Shown: positions 1 through 14,690 of the stretch, piece after piece
Layout of the letters: every line of letters begins with the position of its first letter
Position numbering within the stretch: position 1 is the first letter of the stretch
Assembly: GCA_001938485.1 (NCBI GenBank)
Contig: MQRK01179919.1
Location: 15,749-73,067, forward strand
Origin: Girardia tigrina
Lineage: Eukaryota
Direction: 5' to 3'
Length of the DNA stretch: 57,319 bases
The notes under the pieces: generated by a model
The model's input: only the letters and a program-made list of their open reading frames with translations
Database searches by the model: none
Told to the model about the DNA's origin: nothing
Translations under genes and position numbers: made by a program

Positions 1-3000
1 TAAATTTATTTCTTAAATGAAATATTTAACATGAAAAAATATAGATAATTATTTGTTTAAATAATATCTATTTTGAAAGTATTGTTAGTGAAAAATAAAT
101 TTTAATAGATTTGTGATTCCTTTTTTTATCTTTTTTTTTTAATTATTAATTTTCACCCAACAATAATTATATTGGATCTGTGTTCAAAAAGTACAACAAA
201 ATTATTATAACTCAAAACAAAGTTTGAATTTAAAGTAAATGAAAATATATCTAAGGATTTATAATGAGATTTTAATAATAAACAATTATATAACAGAAAG
301 AGAAAGCAAAGTCGATTGGATCGCTATAACAAAAAGTATGAGATATAGGAAAAAGAATAATCAAAGTTACATAAATTATTTTGTCAATTATCAAAACCAA
401 TCGTTCGATTTTAAAAGAACTCTGATTGAGTAGAATAAAAATTGATCACAAAGATTGTATAGTTTCGAATGTTGGATTTTAAAATAATAAAATTTTTCTT
501 GCAGATTGGATTGCAAAATTTATGTTCGGAAATAATTTTTTTCGTGATAAAAAATTATCATATAACTGTTTTTTTTATTGATGTATAAATATCTAACTGT
601 AAAAAAAAGTTTCTTCATGAGACTGAATTGAACAACAAATGTCGGATTATTAGATTTTCGCAATTTGAATCAATCGCTAGAATTGTGGCAAAAATTTTTT
701 TTATTTTTTCGATCTGAAAGGAAAAATGAAATGTAAAATAAAGCGACAAAGATATTCGTAAATTAATTCGGATGTCAGTGTCGAGATAAAAATATTTTAT
801 ATCATTATAATTTATTTAATCAATTTATTGATCATAATTTTTAAATTTAAGTTTTTTTTAAAAATCGCTTAACGACATTACCGTTAAGTGTATAATATAA
901 TTGAATATAAAAATTTTAATATAAATGATAAATAAATGATAATAAATGAAATAAATATTAACAATATATAGCTAATGATAATATAAATAATAAGGAAAAG
1001 CACATGAATAACAATATACGCGTAATTTTTGGTTAGATACAATTAAACTGTTTGAATATCTGGAGATATTACAATAATAAAGGCCTCGGCTTTAAGGATT
1101 TTGGGCAGCTCGTATAAATTTTTGAATTAATTCTAAAAAAGAAAAGTTCAAAAAAGTTTAAATTAAAATATAGGATTTTAACAATTAAAATAAGATAAGT
1201 TAATATACATTTTACATTTTAAAAAATAGAGTTATTAAAAACTAATTAAAATTAATAAATGGTAATTAAATTTGATAAAAATAATTTTGGAAATCAAAAT
1301 AAATTTAATAAGTTTGAAATGAAATATTTGTAATAAAATTTGAAATAAAATAGTTTGATTACAAATTTAAAAATCTTAGACTTTAATCATGTTTGAAGTA
1401 ATAAATGTTATTTTAATTTGAAATAAATAATTTAAAATATCAACTTCAATAAATTTTGAAGAAAAATACTTGTAACATTAAAATTAAATGAAATATTATA
1501 TTATTTATCTATATTTATAATTTATTATTTTTATCTATAAATGGTTTGCGAGAAAAAAAGGAAGTGTTCCTTTGATATTTATTCAAAAAAACTTGTTTAA
1601 AAATATTTTATTTTGTTGTATTAAATAAAAATTTTAAAAATGTCAATTTCTGAATCTTCAACTGTAAATTATCAGGAACCTAACAACGGTAATAAAAAAA
1701 ACAAAACCTCATAAATACACTTTTGAAATACAATAAAATCAACCCAGCTAAAAACTCAAATTTTTAGTGTCAAACACATTTAGTGTTAACCCATTTCATC
1801 ACATGAATACAAAAACCTGAAAGAACAACTCGCCATCCATTCAAGATCGGCAAATTTCTGGATATTCATCTGAATCTTGGCCAAATGACTATGATCGATT
1901 TGAAGCCTTCGAGTCTGATTGAGATAAACCATTTCAACGGTAAGCGAATATCGCCTTCTTCTCTGGCCGGATCCAAATATCTTTTTTGATGCGGCACTCC
2001 TTTTCAAATATAGTAATTTTTAACTGCGTGTTGCGGTAGGTTCATAATAAAACCCATTTCGATGAAAGAGTTTTTTTACATTTCTTAATTTTTTAACTAA
2101 AGTTCTTTGTGATTCTTCAATCATTCATATATCTAAAGTTATCAAAACTAATAATAAACAAAACTATTTCAAAATATTTAAAAATACTAAATGTATTAAG
2201 CAAATAAGTATGCATGAAAAATAGTGTACATTTACATTATTTAAATAGACACAAATAAATAAAGTATTACTTAAACAAATCTATTTACATCATGAGGCAC
2301 ATGAACACAAAAAATTTATATTAAGTAATTTATAGAACTGTTTCAAACAGCAATTCTTTATCTGCGTAAAACAGTGTCTACCAGTATATCATGTTCGACA
2401 GGAGCATCTTGGAATGCTTTGGTATGAAGTACTTTGTGACAACAATGAATAGAGATGTGTCACTTCTCCGCCATTTCCAAAAAAAACAATTATTTAATTT
2501 AATAGTTTCAGATATTAAATTATTTACATCAAAGTGAGGTAGTAAATAAATTAGTAAATTGTCAATCAAAATTAAGGAACAAAACATTTTTAGTCTGTAA
2601 AACATTTCTGAACAATAATTGATTTGGATTAAACTTTGGTGCTTGAAGAGAGAATGTAATGATGATAAAGGTAAATCAAAATAATATAATAAAAATTAAT
2701 TATATTTCGATATTCCGAAACGATAAGGAAAAATAAATTTGTTTACAAATTTATTTTTGAGTTTATACATTGCCCAACACAATTGGATAATTTTCAGATT
2801 AAAGAAAAGAAAGGATTTGTTTATAGCTGCCTTGTATTCATTTTTATAGTAATTTTAAAATGATCACATTCATATGCACATATGTATTGTACATACAAAT
2901 ACAAAGTTATAAATGTACATACATTTTCATTCATTATTCTGTGAGCTGAATAAATCGATTTTCCAAAAATATTATTCAGCTAATACTAAATCGTTACATC

Positions 3001-3699
3001 TTTATATTACATTCTTTATTAGCAAATGCATTATGTTTAACATTTATTTATAACGCAATTAGAATTATTTTATACAATACTTAACAATATTTTAACTTAT
3101 TGTTTTTTTATTAGCTTTTTCCAAATATTTAAACATTTATTATTTTGTTATTAATCATTATTTTTATTAAAAATAATAAATAATCAATTCAGTCAACTCG
3201 ATTGATAAAGTTGATATCATGGTCGATTATAAACGATAATAATAACTATCACAATATGGTTTATATCATGTCCTTATAAAAATTAAAATTAAATTTTGGC
3301 TATTGTTTTATTTATTTTCAGTCAGCATGATATTAACCGTGTTCTACTGAAACTTAATTTAAAATATTTAGTGTATAGTTTATCTGTAATAGATGTTTAA
3401 TTCAAAAATTTAAAATATCAATCTACTATCAGAATTGGGAGACAACTTCAAAAATACAAACGCAGCACTCGAAAATATTCCTCACGTTTTACTTGTACTG
3501 TAGGTTTCAATTAACAATATCACAATATGAAATTTATTTAGGCTACAAACATAGTTTAATGCAAATATCCAATTAAAATGGTAATTGAAAATCTATCGTT
3601 TCAGTAGACAGTAGTGTTAATTATAGGATTTTCAGCTCTACCCCAAGACACACTATATTCAGACTCAATCTTGTAGCCCTCCATGCTCAAAAAGTACCA

Positions 3700-4157
3700 T
3701 ATCAAGATTTCTGCATGGTAAGTTGATCATATTCAAAAAAGAACGGGGCTGCGTACAAGATGGAAATTCCGAGATGATAAAACAGATGCGATATAATTAC
3801 GCTTTCCGGTACATTGAGGAAGATTGGCGTTCATAAGATTGTGTATACATCGACGAAATCGGTTTTAATCAGTGGGCACGAAGGACCAAAACAAAATGAC
3901 AACCTGTTAACGTCACTATTCCAGCCAACCGTGCAAGAAATATGTCCTTGATTATGTCCACGATTATTATTATTTGCTCGGCCATAAGGAAATCCGGACC
4001 AGTACATTTTCAAATATTTGATAACCATATAGCCTATCAGCAATTTATCACCGAATTGTCCAGCAAACTTGAAGGAAGCAATTATAGCTTAATCTATGAT
4101 AATGCTTCCATCCATTCCAATACGGTGTCTAGGCATGACATTTTATATACAGTATGA
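3700..4157 (+). pseudogene. IS630/Tc1-type (DDE_3) transposase remnant
   Basis: Reading through stops gives HGKLIIFKK..GNSEMIKQMRYNYA..CVYIDEIGFNQWARRT..IPANRARNMSLI..SLIYDNASIH. The first (IDExGFN) and second (DNAxxH) catalytic motifs are present; the copy has in-frame stops and is 3'-truncated. Confidence 0.85.
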
Positions 4158-4369
4158 CATTTTAATATACAGTATCAGATACAAGCGCAGTGGGACCTGA
4201 TTATGTATTCAGTTGTCATGGCCACTGATAAAAATAAACATCATAAAATAGGACAAGGTTTTCTTGTCACGACTGTTCTGTTTATACTCGTACACAAAGT
4301 GCAATCGTCATTCGCAACTGACTCGTGCATCTCTCCTGTAAGTAGCGGCACCACTAAGAGCCAGAACAT

Positions 4370-4442
4370 ATGGGGCGGGGTTAATCTAAACACTTAATCC
4401 AATAAAGCGCTGCTCGATCCTGGTTCACCAGTACTGATCTGA
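4370..4442 (+). pseudogene. Possible Gypsy aspartic-protease remnant
   Basis: GVNLNT*SNKALLDPGSPVLI resembles the ALLDTGSPVSI active-site motif. The match is short and the catalytic T is replaced. Confidence 0.3.
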
Positions 4443-7400
4443 TTCGCTCAATAATACTTCTGGTTGAGGTGTTTATGAATTTTAATAATCTTTAATTTTT
4501 CGTCTGTTACATGTTTCGTTTTCTCATTGTTTATGAATTATTTAAAACTGCTATTTGCACTAACAAAGAAATTCACCTTTATCAAAATAAAAAAAACATA
4601 TTTTAAAAAAGTTTTAGTCTTTATTTTTATCATACACTTTGCACTCGGTTTCGATGAATATTTTGATCGTCTGAATTAAACAACATTTTTTGCTGTAGTT
4701 TTTTGCAATTGCTGATTTAACCATATTTAAGAAAGATTGAATACTTTTAAGGATTACGTAATGAATCAAGTAAAAAATATAAACTTTTTTCACACTTCGA
4801 TATTTTTAATTTTAAAATTATAAATGCTACTTTAGCACTTATTTATTTTGTCACACAACTAATAAATAAGTCACGTAATTGAATTTTAACTTTTCGCCAA
4901 AACTTCAAGTCATTTAATGTTCATAAATTTGAAAATTTATTTTATATATATCATCTGTTAATTTTAATTACTAATCAAAACATTTTCAACAAAAGTTAAA
5001 TTCACAAATCCATTTTAAAATTATTGTAATTGTAAAGCATTTTCCATTTTTATCCAAATTAACCAATTTGTCAATAAACATAGTTTTATAACCATACCAG
5101 ACCACCCAAGGGATAGTCAATATGCGGTCGATTTGTCATTTTTCCTAAAAACAGCAAAACACTTGATGCCCACTGCGACAAGTAGTTGCGAAATCCTCAC
5201 AAGATCACAATACTCACAAGAAATTAATTATTCAGTCGGACGACACTTGAGATCGTCTTACCTTCCCCAGGCGTTCACCAGCGCCTCGATCAACAAACTA
5301 AATTTAAATTTGTTCCATCTGTTGATTCCAGTTTAAAACACAAGTTTCTCATTGACATATGAAAGTTACGCCGAACATTTTGTTAAAGCCATTTCTTCAT
5401 GCCATTTAAAGAGTATTTAAATAAACACAATTAAACTCAAATATTAATATTCCACGATTATTTTTTTTACAATTACTAGTATTTATATATAGTTGGTTCT
5501 CTTTTAATTAATTTACATTACAGAAATTTAATAATTATATTATAATTACATATTTTAATAATTCAACAAAATTTTCATGGAAAATATCGTTTAACGTATT
5601 TAATTTAAAAGGAATTAAATAGTTGAATTACTGTATTAGTTAGTAGCAGTAATATTCTACGTAATTTACGTTTAAATTTACAAACTCCTATCATAATCAC
5701 TATAAGAATCTGAGTTTTGATTCTTTGAACAATTAATTTTGAAAGTATTTAAGAATCGGTTATTGATAAAATTAAGAAAATTGAGAATCGACTTATAAAA
5801 ATCACTATATTCTAATAAAATTTGTGGAGAACATATAGTTCCTAAGAGTTTCTCTTCGCAAATTCTTATTTTTCTTTAGTTTGGCTCGATTATTTCAGCT
5901 GATTTCAGTATATGAAATTTAAATCTCGTTTGGTTAATATCGAGTAATTTTATTTTGTAAATTGGATAATATCCGAATATAACTTCTAGTTTTTCTATCT
6001 CTTGCTATGCGATTATATCGTTATTTGAAATTTGTAAAAGCTATTATAGGATGAAATGTAAAAAAAATATAATTATTTTTATTTAAATTTAACTAAGATA
6101 ACTCTGAATAACTAGAAGTCAAATATTATGTTGATACATAGGGGGTGAATTGGATGATCTTTCCTGGCAGCGGATATTTTTTATTATAATTTTAATTTGT
6201 ATTGTTATTTTTAACATTATTGTGATGATAATAAACGTTATTATGATTACAAATTGTATAAATTAAATTTTCATAAAACAAACAAATAAACAGTCATTGG
6301 ATTTTAAACTAAAGTTAATTTTGAATGATGTTTTAATTAATTTTACTTAATATTTTTGTTTATTATTTGGATATAAATATCCATACATTCATATGAGGTC
6401 TTAAGTTGAATAAAAAATTTTTTATTTATAATTCTACGAAATTTTTAAATAATCGATTTTATTTAGAATAAGAGTTATCTGTAATAATTGACATTCCATT
6501 TCGATAACTCGCATTCATTTATTGTTATTTTCTTGAAAATTGTTAGCATATTTAGAAACGTGAATAAAATTTGGAAAATGCATTGCTCTTGAAATTAAAA
6601 TAAATTTGCATTTGATTAAAATCAATATTTTTAGGTAATTTCTAAATTTTGGAGAAAGTAATTACTTATATTAAACTTAATAAATCCATACAATAATTCA
6701 AATTATGTAATAGATAATAACGCGAAAGATTGTTTCTTTCGTAAAATTTTTAAATTATATGCATATTATCAGGACTTGCACTATAATATAATCTACCAGC
6801 TAAAGCTCGGATGGCCATTTTTTATTATTAAGTTACATTTATATACTTTTAAAATAATTTTAATTAGTTTGAATAATTTGACATTGAACATTATACCACC
6901 TACTTAGAATATGGGTTGAATTGTTTTCTGCAGATGTGGTTAGATAACATGCATTTGAAATGAAATGAAAATTTGAAAATGAAATTATCAATAAAAAATG
7001 ATAATCAAAATATCTACTTATAGAGTAAATACAAAACTCTTCCATTAAAAAATATTTAGACAGATTAACCGTCATCCTTATTTATTTCTATATTTAAGTG
7101 ATTTACAAGTTTAAAATTTGATTTTCAAAGTTTTTTAATAATAAATTTTTAATTTACAAAAAAGGTTTATTTAAAGACGTATTTTTACAAGAAAAAAATA
7201 TTTCACAATTTTTTAATCGTTTAGGGATTTTTAATTATTCAATATAAATATAATTTTTTATATATTCCCAGAATTATTTCCAAAAAAATGAATAATTCAA
7301 AATGGAAATATAAAACGACTCTTATCAACTGGAGTTACCACATTGGACGGATTGATAAAATAATAGTATTCTGGCAGTCGGTACAAGTGACACTTATCGG

Positions 7401-9129
7401 TCAGTTTCATTTCGTGATAGAATGAATAAATGAATTATTGATTGATTTAAAACGATATAACTCTGATTCCACAGAAGACGCGATGAATTGTCACTGTACG
7501 CTTTTGTTTCGTAAGGTGTGTCCAGCGGCCAAGGCAAAGCATTAGTTACCGATAAAATCGCCACGCAAACCTATTTTGAAGTAAAAATCAATCGAAAACG
7601 AGTTGTAATTCGATAATTAATCAATGTTGCTCAGTTTTTTGTATGATTGTTACATATCGTAACTATTGAACACTTCGATAAAAACTAATGAAAATTATTG
7701 ATAACTTGTTTTAATAACCATGACTTCCTATTTCTGACATTAAAATATCATAATTTATGAGTAATAGTAAATATTTTCTTATGAAACGTTAAATGCATTA
7801 AATATTTCTTTTCGGGATCTCCCAGATCGGCCACTGATCGCGGATTGAATTTTCCAATCAACATTTAGGCTCTAACGAGGGTAGTTTCTCCTCTCCATCT
7901 TGCGCCAGAATAATAAGGCGAATTTCAATTGTCTCTTATTGTTTGATCAATGAATTCCGAATCGGTTTATTATTTTACCGTTTCTGTTCAATCTAATATT
8001 CAGATTTCCCAGAGATATAGCGCTCGGGAATTTCATAGTGGTTTCATTTTATATTTTTGAGTTTTATTATCATATCTTTTCAAATTTCATTAAAAAATCA
8101 TGTTTAAAAGTTAAATTTCCGTCACAAAACGTGAACAAAAAATTCGTTTAAAAAATTTAAATTCGTTTAGACAATTCTATTACATCGTTAGATAAACTAT
8201 TCGTATATATAATAATATCTCCAAATTTATTCGCCAAAAAAATTGATTTTTAATGTCACCAAATTCAAAGTATTAAATATTTTCACTAAAAATTTCAAAT
8301 CGATAGTGAGTAGGGGAGAAATGCAATTTCTTCCCAGGGCCTTTTTAAAGAAATATTCACCGGGGGCATAAACAATCTGGGATGGTCCATGCGCCAAAAA
8401 ACAGTAACTTTTTTGTTATGGATGAAAATAGTTACTTTTCCTTGTTTTTTTTATAATGGCAAATTTCTATTACCACCGATGAATAGACTGGTTTTTTAAA
8501 CTATATTTTGGTTTCAACAATTCAATTATTTAATCAAACCATTATTTGGGATTGATTCAGGGTCAAAGTACTTGTAACTAATTAGTACTGCAAATTATGT
8601 TGTAAGTGTGGTTTTTTATTTTTATCCAATGACTATATTATAATCCAGGAGTGTTCAAACAGTTGATGATTCAGTGGTGGAACTATACTATCGCCAGTAT
8701 CCACAAGGCGAAACGGATCTACAGCAGCTCATTCCAAAGGCTAGAAAGTGCTTTTGCACAGAGCGAGAACAAAATTTGAACCAATCTATCACTTGCTGCC
8801 TAATATTTTTATAGTCGATCGCCATTGGTTGAAGTCTGAGTAAATACTGTAACGAATTAACTAATTCAACACTATAAAATAACTCATTTAACTAATAATC
8901 TAATTAATTCAATACAAAAATGTTTTTTTAATAATAGCAAATCGATAAAATTCGATAATAACAAATAGACAGAGTCCGTGATATCTCTTTCAGTAAATCA
9001 CAAAATCAAAGGTCAGTCACTAGTGTTGCTATCACTGATATCCAAAATAAAAATTATCCAAAATAATAGTTTTAATTAATGATATCTGTAATAATTAATT
9101 ACTAATTTTGAGATAGAATTTCTATTCAA

Positions 9130-11520
9130 AAATTGATAAGCATTATAAAATTAAAAATGTTTTGTAATAAAATAGCACCTATAGTATCATATGTGGTGAT
9201 AGTATTCTCTTCTAATTTTTCTAATAAATCAACTAATAGTTTTAGTTCGTCAACAATAGTGCTAACGGCTTCTGCTCTGGTACTTCATCGAATGATAAAT
9301 TTACATTTAAGAGTTTGTTGCAAGGTATCTTTCAGTAATTCCCATTGTAATTTTGAATATGAAAAGAAGAAAAAAATATTCTCAATGATTCCAAAAAAAG
9401 TTAAAACTTCTACTTTTGCTGCACTAACTCTCACTAAACTTAATGAATGATTGTCACAACTAAAAAACAATATTAAATTCCTTTTTGGAAAGCAGATATA
9501 CAACCTGACATAACAGCAGCATTATCGTAACACAGATCTACAATTTGCTAATAAAATTTTATCACAATTCAATTTTTTTATAATTGCATTTTCTATGGAA
9601 GCTACATCCTTAGCATGATAAATAAATCATAATAAATCACAACAAATTTTCCGCAATAGAAACTTTTTAATTAATGTCTAATATACCTAACATACCTAAT
9701 AACTAGTGACATTTGTTCTCTATAAGCGATATCGGGAGTCATATCGAATAGAAGTTCATAATTTTTTATTTCTTTTGATGTCATTAATTAGCTGATTTCG
9801 TAATGTATATGCAACAAGTTTGATTGAATTAAAAGTTGAAAAAAATACAATATATTATGCCTTTGTTTAAACGCTCAAAAATAGAAATTGTCTAATTATT
9901 ATTATTATTACATGTTTTTGAATTATTAATATTGATCGATAAATTTTCATTTATTTTTTTAATGTGGTTTGTCTTTAGATTGTTAATGGTGTTTGCTGCA
10001 AAATTTTAAAAATTGATAACTAACGATTTTTGAATTTTGGATTGAATATCTTGATTGATTCATTTTCAATTTTCGTTGAACAATATAAAATTATTATTAT
10101 CGCCGTTTTCTTTTTTATGAGCGAAACTTTTCAATCAGAATACATCAGAGTTGATTATGACGATTAATTCGATTTTAAATAAAAATTTCATGAAATACGA
10201 TTAATGGCGCGAGCAAAGTCAATTTATTGACTCGACTTAACCGATGAAAATCTCGTAGTTCAACTGGCAAAAATAATTAAAAATGAAGATTTTTTATTTC
10301 AATGGGCCCAGCATCAAAATATCACAATCACTATGTCTCTCATATGTTATCATCCGATCCTCGGGGCAACCTGAGGATCGGCCAGAACACTAGGGTTACT
10401 GATTTTCTGAAAGTACATTTGTCTACCCTATCTAGAAATATCATGCTCTTGAGATGTTTCTTACTCACTGTTTAAAAGTCATAGAAAATTATAGTGATTA
10501 TTTTCCATAAATTAACATTGTAAATATATCATTCGAATATTGTTTATTTATTTCTAAATTTTATTTTTTTGTGAAAAAACGCGCTTTATTCCGGCAACTT
10601 ATAATAAATTCCCATTATTTGTTTCACCATGAAGATTAAAATTTTCAACATTACCAAGTATAGGTACATTTTTTGAAATAAGGTACTTTATGTATCCTAA
10701 AATTCGTTGCAATATATTTCGCAATCGCTGTTTCTCTGAATGCATATTTGCTGGTAATGCAATGTACACTTTTGTATAACTTATTAATCGTATTTCTGTC
10801 TCTTTCCACGTTGTAAACGATCTACAATGACCAACACTTTTTCCTGGGAAATTAAACTTTCGGGTTTTTGCCATTGATTGAAACCATAAGTAGTTTTGAA
10901 GAATGATCGGCTATTAGAATTTGAAGATATAAACAATAAACAGCTAAGACAATATTCTGCATCATTTAAAGGAGAATATAATAGCCAAGATGGATTAATT
11001 TCTATTTCTTGTTCATTGCCCAGTCGTCGTAAAAACCAAGATTTTGGCATTTCACGCTTAGCTGATGTTGTGTTAAGATTGTTTTCATTTTTAAATATTG
11101 ATGGCCAATGAGTAATCATTTCTGTGCAAAGTTGGTTTGATATTATTGGTATTTGGGATGTCTTATCAAATTTTAAATAAGCAACACCTTCGAACTTAAG
11201 TACTTTTCAAATTACATTTGGATTTTTTTCATTTGATTCGGTTGATTTTAAAGTATTAGACGAACTTAGATTCCTATCCTCATTATTTTTACTGTCACAT
11301 ATAATTTCTATTTCAGAAATTTTGAGTTTATGTGATGTAGCATCATGTAAAAAAATTTATCTTAGAATAATTTGTTTCAGTTTGTTTATCTCTACATTCT
11401 TCAGTTTCCATCACATTTTATGTTTTGTATAAATAAAAATCCATTATTTTTCTAGTTGTATATGCCTCTGCTTTATTTCTAGCTTTATTTTCCTATCCTG
11501 AGCACCGGTGATATTTTCCC
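9130..11520 (-). pseudogene. hAT (ZMYM1-like/TTF-zinc-finger) transposase remnant, hAT-1
   Basis: Minus-strand motifs in the expected order: TGAQDRKIK (N-terminus), SWLLYSPLNDAEYCLSCLLF (TTF finger), RLRNILQRIL..NNGNLL (DUF4371-like), LLFDMTPDIAYREQMSLVIRYV (first catalytic D), CDNHSLSL..TFFGIIE..R*STRAEAV. It is interrupted by unrelated DNA at about 9870-10590. Confidence 0.92.
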
Positions 11521-12014
11521 CTGTTATTGATATACTTAATATAAATAAATTCTAGTATTTTAGTACAAGTAAAGTATTTAAATTTTGAATAATAAAATAA
11601 TGTTATATTGATTAATTTGAATAAAGATATTGGACCGACAGTGTCTAAAATTCAAATATCTTTCATTAAGTCTAAATAGAAAATATTACCTTTTTCTAGA
11701 TGTAAGAGTTTTCCATTTTCAATTAAAAAAAATAAGCTTTCAATGATTTATTTAAATGCCAAAAGTTGCTAAAATACAATTTAAACTAATCATCAATTAA
11801 AATGTAATATAATGCACATGGTTTCCTGTATTCAATAAAAAAATATTCTTGTTCTAATATTTATAATAGTAATACAACAAAAGTGTCACTTCCTAATTCA
11901 AGAAAATTTGTTCAATGCAATATCTAATTGATTTTAAATATCGATTTTCAGAAATTATTTTTGTATTCGGATTCCAAAATTATTTTTTGTTTTTTATAGA
12001 ACAAATTGTAAGGG

Positions 12015-12083
12015 TGATTTGGCGGCCCCTCAGGGTGGCGCCCGGGGCATTATGCTACACCTGCCAACCTGTCTACGTAATTG
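12015..12083. mobile_element. Probable degenerate hAT terminus of hAT-1
   Basis: GC-rich GGCGGCCCCTCAGGGTGGCGCCCGGGGC...CTACGTAATTG resembles a hAT subterminal/TIR segment and lies about 500 bp upstream of the minus-strand transposase start. No matching opposite end or TSD was established. Confidence 0.5.
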
Positions 12084-13254
12084 ATCCTCCCTGTCATCGT
12101 TTGAATTTCATACATTTCAACCATTTATATTCGTCAAACAAAATTTTTAAAGTTCATCAATTTTTTTCCGAACAATAATGTGACATTAAGTTACGTACCA
12201 AAACAAATTTCACAGTTTTTTAGAAGTTAATTAAATTTTGCTCAATTAAAAATTAACTGGCTAATCATCAAAAATAGTCTCATCAATTAAACAAAATTAT
12301 ATAGATAAAGAACGAAGTTTTTTTCGGATGATTCATGAGGTTTAAAATCCTAGTACGGAGAATAATTCATTGAAACGCATGTATGTATCAAAGTACTTAA
12401 CCAGAGCAAAAAGAAATCCAAGATTGATAAGCAGGCAAAAATCCTTTCCTCCAGAAGTAACTATTTTAAACTATACATTATACATTACCCCTATGGTCTT
12501 CAGATGGTGAAAACCTAACGTTTACTTAAAGTTTCTGGGTAATGAAAATGTTTATATTGGTTTGTATATAGATTTTTGAATGATTGCACGAATGTGTAGT
12601 ACTTTAGATTTTATAATCTGCACCTATTAATAAGCAACTTTCGTGTGCGTATATTAATACTTGTATAAATGGGTGTTCCTTCACCTAACCTTGGGACGAA
12701 ATTTAAACGGGAAGCAAAGGTGTGTTTAAGCTGATGTTCGCATGCAGTTCGGTACATCATAAGAAGTCAAAAATGATTCTGCGAACGTTCATTTATTGAA
12801 ATCAAAGCGAGAAAAATTAGATAAGCATGCATAAACAAACAGATGAACTTGCATTTTAATGGAAACTACTAACATAAACCGTAGAATCTGAAAATAAAAC
12901 AAAAAAATGAAGCAAAAGTAGATAAACGAAAACCATGCTTGAAGTAACAACAATTTTGGAATCAGCGTGTCTGAATTAATCGAAAACTGTGAAATCTAAA
13001 ATTAAAATCGACCTGTGAATAAATAAATCCATGAATTACTGAAAATGGCAACAGTATTACCTGATAGAGGAATCAACTGACGAGCAAATCCGCTTCAAGA
13101 AAATAATCATTTAAAATACACACTTAATATACTTACAGATGACACCACACTATCAATGACAGTGATGACAAAACAATCTTTAGTGTTCCGAGTGGTTTGT
13201 ACATTAATATATTCCTCTGGCTCTGGATCCGACCAGTAATCACTCGTCCATTTA

Positions 13255-13845
13255 CTTTACTCGAACGACTCCTCGGCTATGGCAATAAAATCGTCCAGAG
13301 AAATGGCTGCGTCGTTATATGATATGATCCATAAAGGTCAGAGGTACGACTTTAAGAGCGTTAGTATTGGAAGCCAATTCTGTTTTAAAGTCGGTTGGTT
13401 CATCACTACCCCCGTTATGGTAAATTGGCAATTAAGCGCTGTACCGTCAATAATATCACGCTATCTCCAGGGAAGGTGCGGACGAAGGGGCTTTAACCCA
13501 TATAGTTAGTATAATGGAGACTCTCACGGCCTTTAGAGTGGCAATTAGATCAGCTACAGGGGACGTGATATTGACGCCAAACATATCCTGTAAGAGATTG
13601 ATGCAGCCTCTCACGATGATGGAAAAATTTTCGATTGTTGATGGGGTTCGTCCCCAATTGTTTTCTCAACTGTGAAGATCTCCGTAATTAAAGAACTTTG
13701 TCCCTCTTTAATTGTCCCTTGAGAATTGCCGATGATAGAAGATAATATGGACCGATTGTTTCTTGTCCCATATATATTTGAACATTGTGGACGACACTAT
13801 TGATCACACTCTTCGCTATTCTTAGAAATGGCGTTGTTTCACGAT
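13255..13845 (-). pseudogene. Gypsy gag-like remnant
   Basis: ETTPFLRIAKSV..GPYYLLSSAILK..EIFTVEKTIGDEP..PTLKQNWL..SLDDFIAIAEESFE parallels the Gypsy gag pattern (PYxxLKxAIL, LGDRxPSQ, LKxLWLxRLP, SLDxLAxxADxI). Contains frameshifts and stops. Confidence 0.5.
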
Positions 13846-14321
13846 GAACTAAGCCTTCAAATTAGTGCTAGAAAGCGAGATTTAGAGGATTTCTTGTCAG
13901 TCAGAACCGACTCAAACTTATTCTGAATTTCCACAAATAAATCTATAAAGACAAATTTTACTGATTAATATTTTTTTTGAAAAATTACATTGGATTAGAA
14001 TTCTTCAAAATTTGGATTTCAAAATTGAAATTTCTATTATACTGTTAAATTTGATCTGTTTTATTCACAAATTGTTTTTTTTTAAGTTATTTGGTTTTAT
14101 TTAAAAAATTAATTTTGAAATCGTTTTGTTTGAATAAATAAAAGTAATGTTTTGTGGCGCGAATTTGTTGTAGAAAATTGTGTTGGAAAGTCGCCATTGA
14201 TTAATTTATTTTTTGTGGTTAATTTAAATAAATAAAGATTAATTCGGCGTGAAATAATTTTCAAATTGATAAAGTTATGCTTGAGATCGTTAATAATTTG
14301 GAAGTTCACATTTTTGCAACT

Positions 14322-14690
14322 ATGAGTGAATTGAAGCTGAGTCCTGGATTGACCCAGGCCGATTTTCGTGAATGTCGTGAAGCAATTCAACACGACAAAC
14401 CGTTTCAATCGTCAGATAATGATTTATCATATTTAATCGATCCGTTTTCCGTGGGTTATATTAAAAATTTCATATCGATCAAAAACCCGACGGATAAATA
14501 TGTGGCATTTAAAATCAAAACAACGACACCGAAACAGTACTGCGTGAGACCGGGCGTTGGATTTGTCTCTCCGCAACAGTCTAAAGAAATATCGATCATA
14601 CTGCAACCGATGCAATATTCAATGAATGATAAGGCCGAGACTTTACCACATCTAAAATTCTATGGCGTATCTGAAGTCGGTGAGATTAAA
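14322..14690 (+). pseudogene. VAP: Chimeric host-gene fragment: EF-hand-like N-terminus + VAP (VAMP-associated protein) MSP domain + unidentified piece
   Basis: 14385-14633 encodes PF..IKNPTDKYVAFKIKTTTPKQYCVRPGVGFVSPQQSKEISIILQP, an MSP domain that stops before the HKF strand, coiled coil and TM segment. 14322-14384 (LTQADFRECREA) resembles the calmodulin-like LTEEQIAEFKEA helix. A decayed 24-nt intron lies at 14416-14439. Confidence 0.85.

Noticed and set aside
8335-8700. Left TIR of hAT-1 (CAGGGCC at 8335 or CAGTGGTGG at 8672)
   Set aside because: Neither pairs convincingly with the 12083 end, and no TSD could be shown.
12300-12430. Tc1-like VFSDDS fragment
   Set aside because: Too short and degenerate to support.
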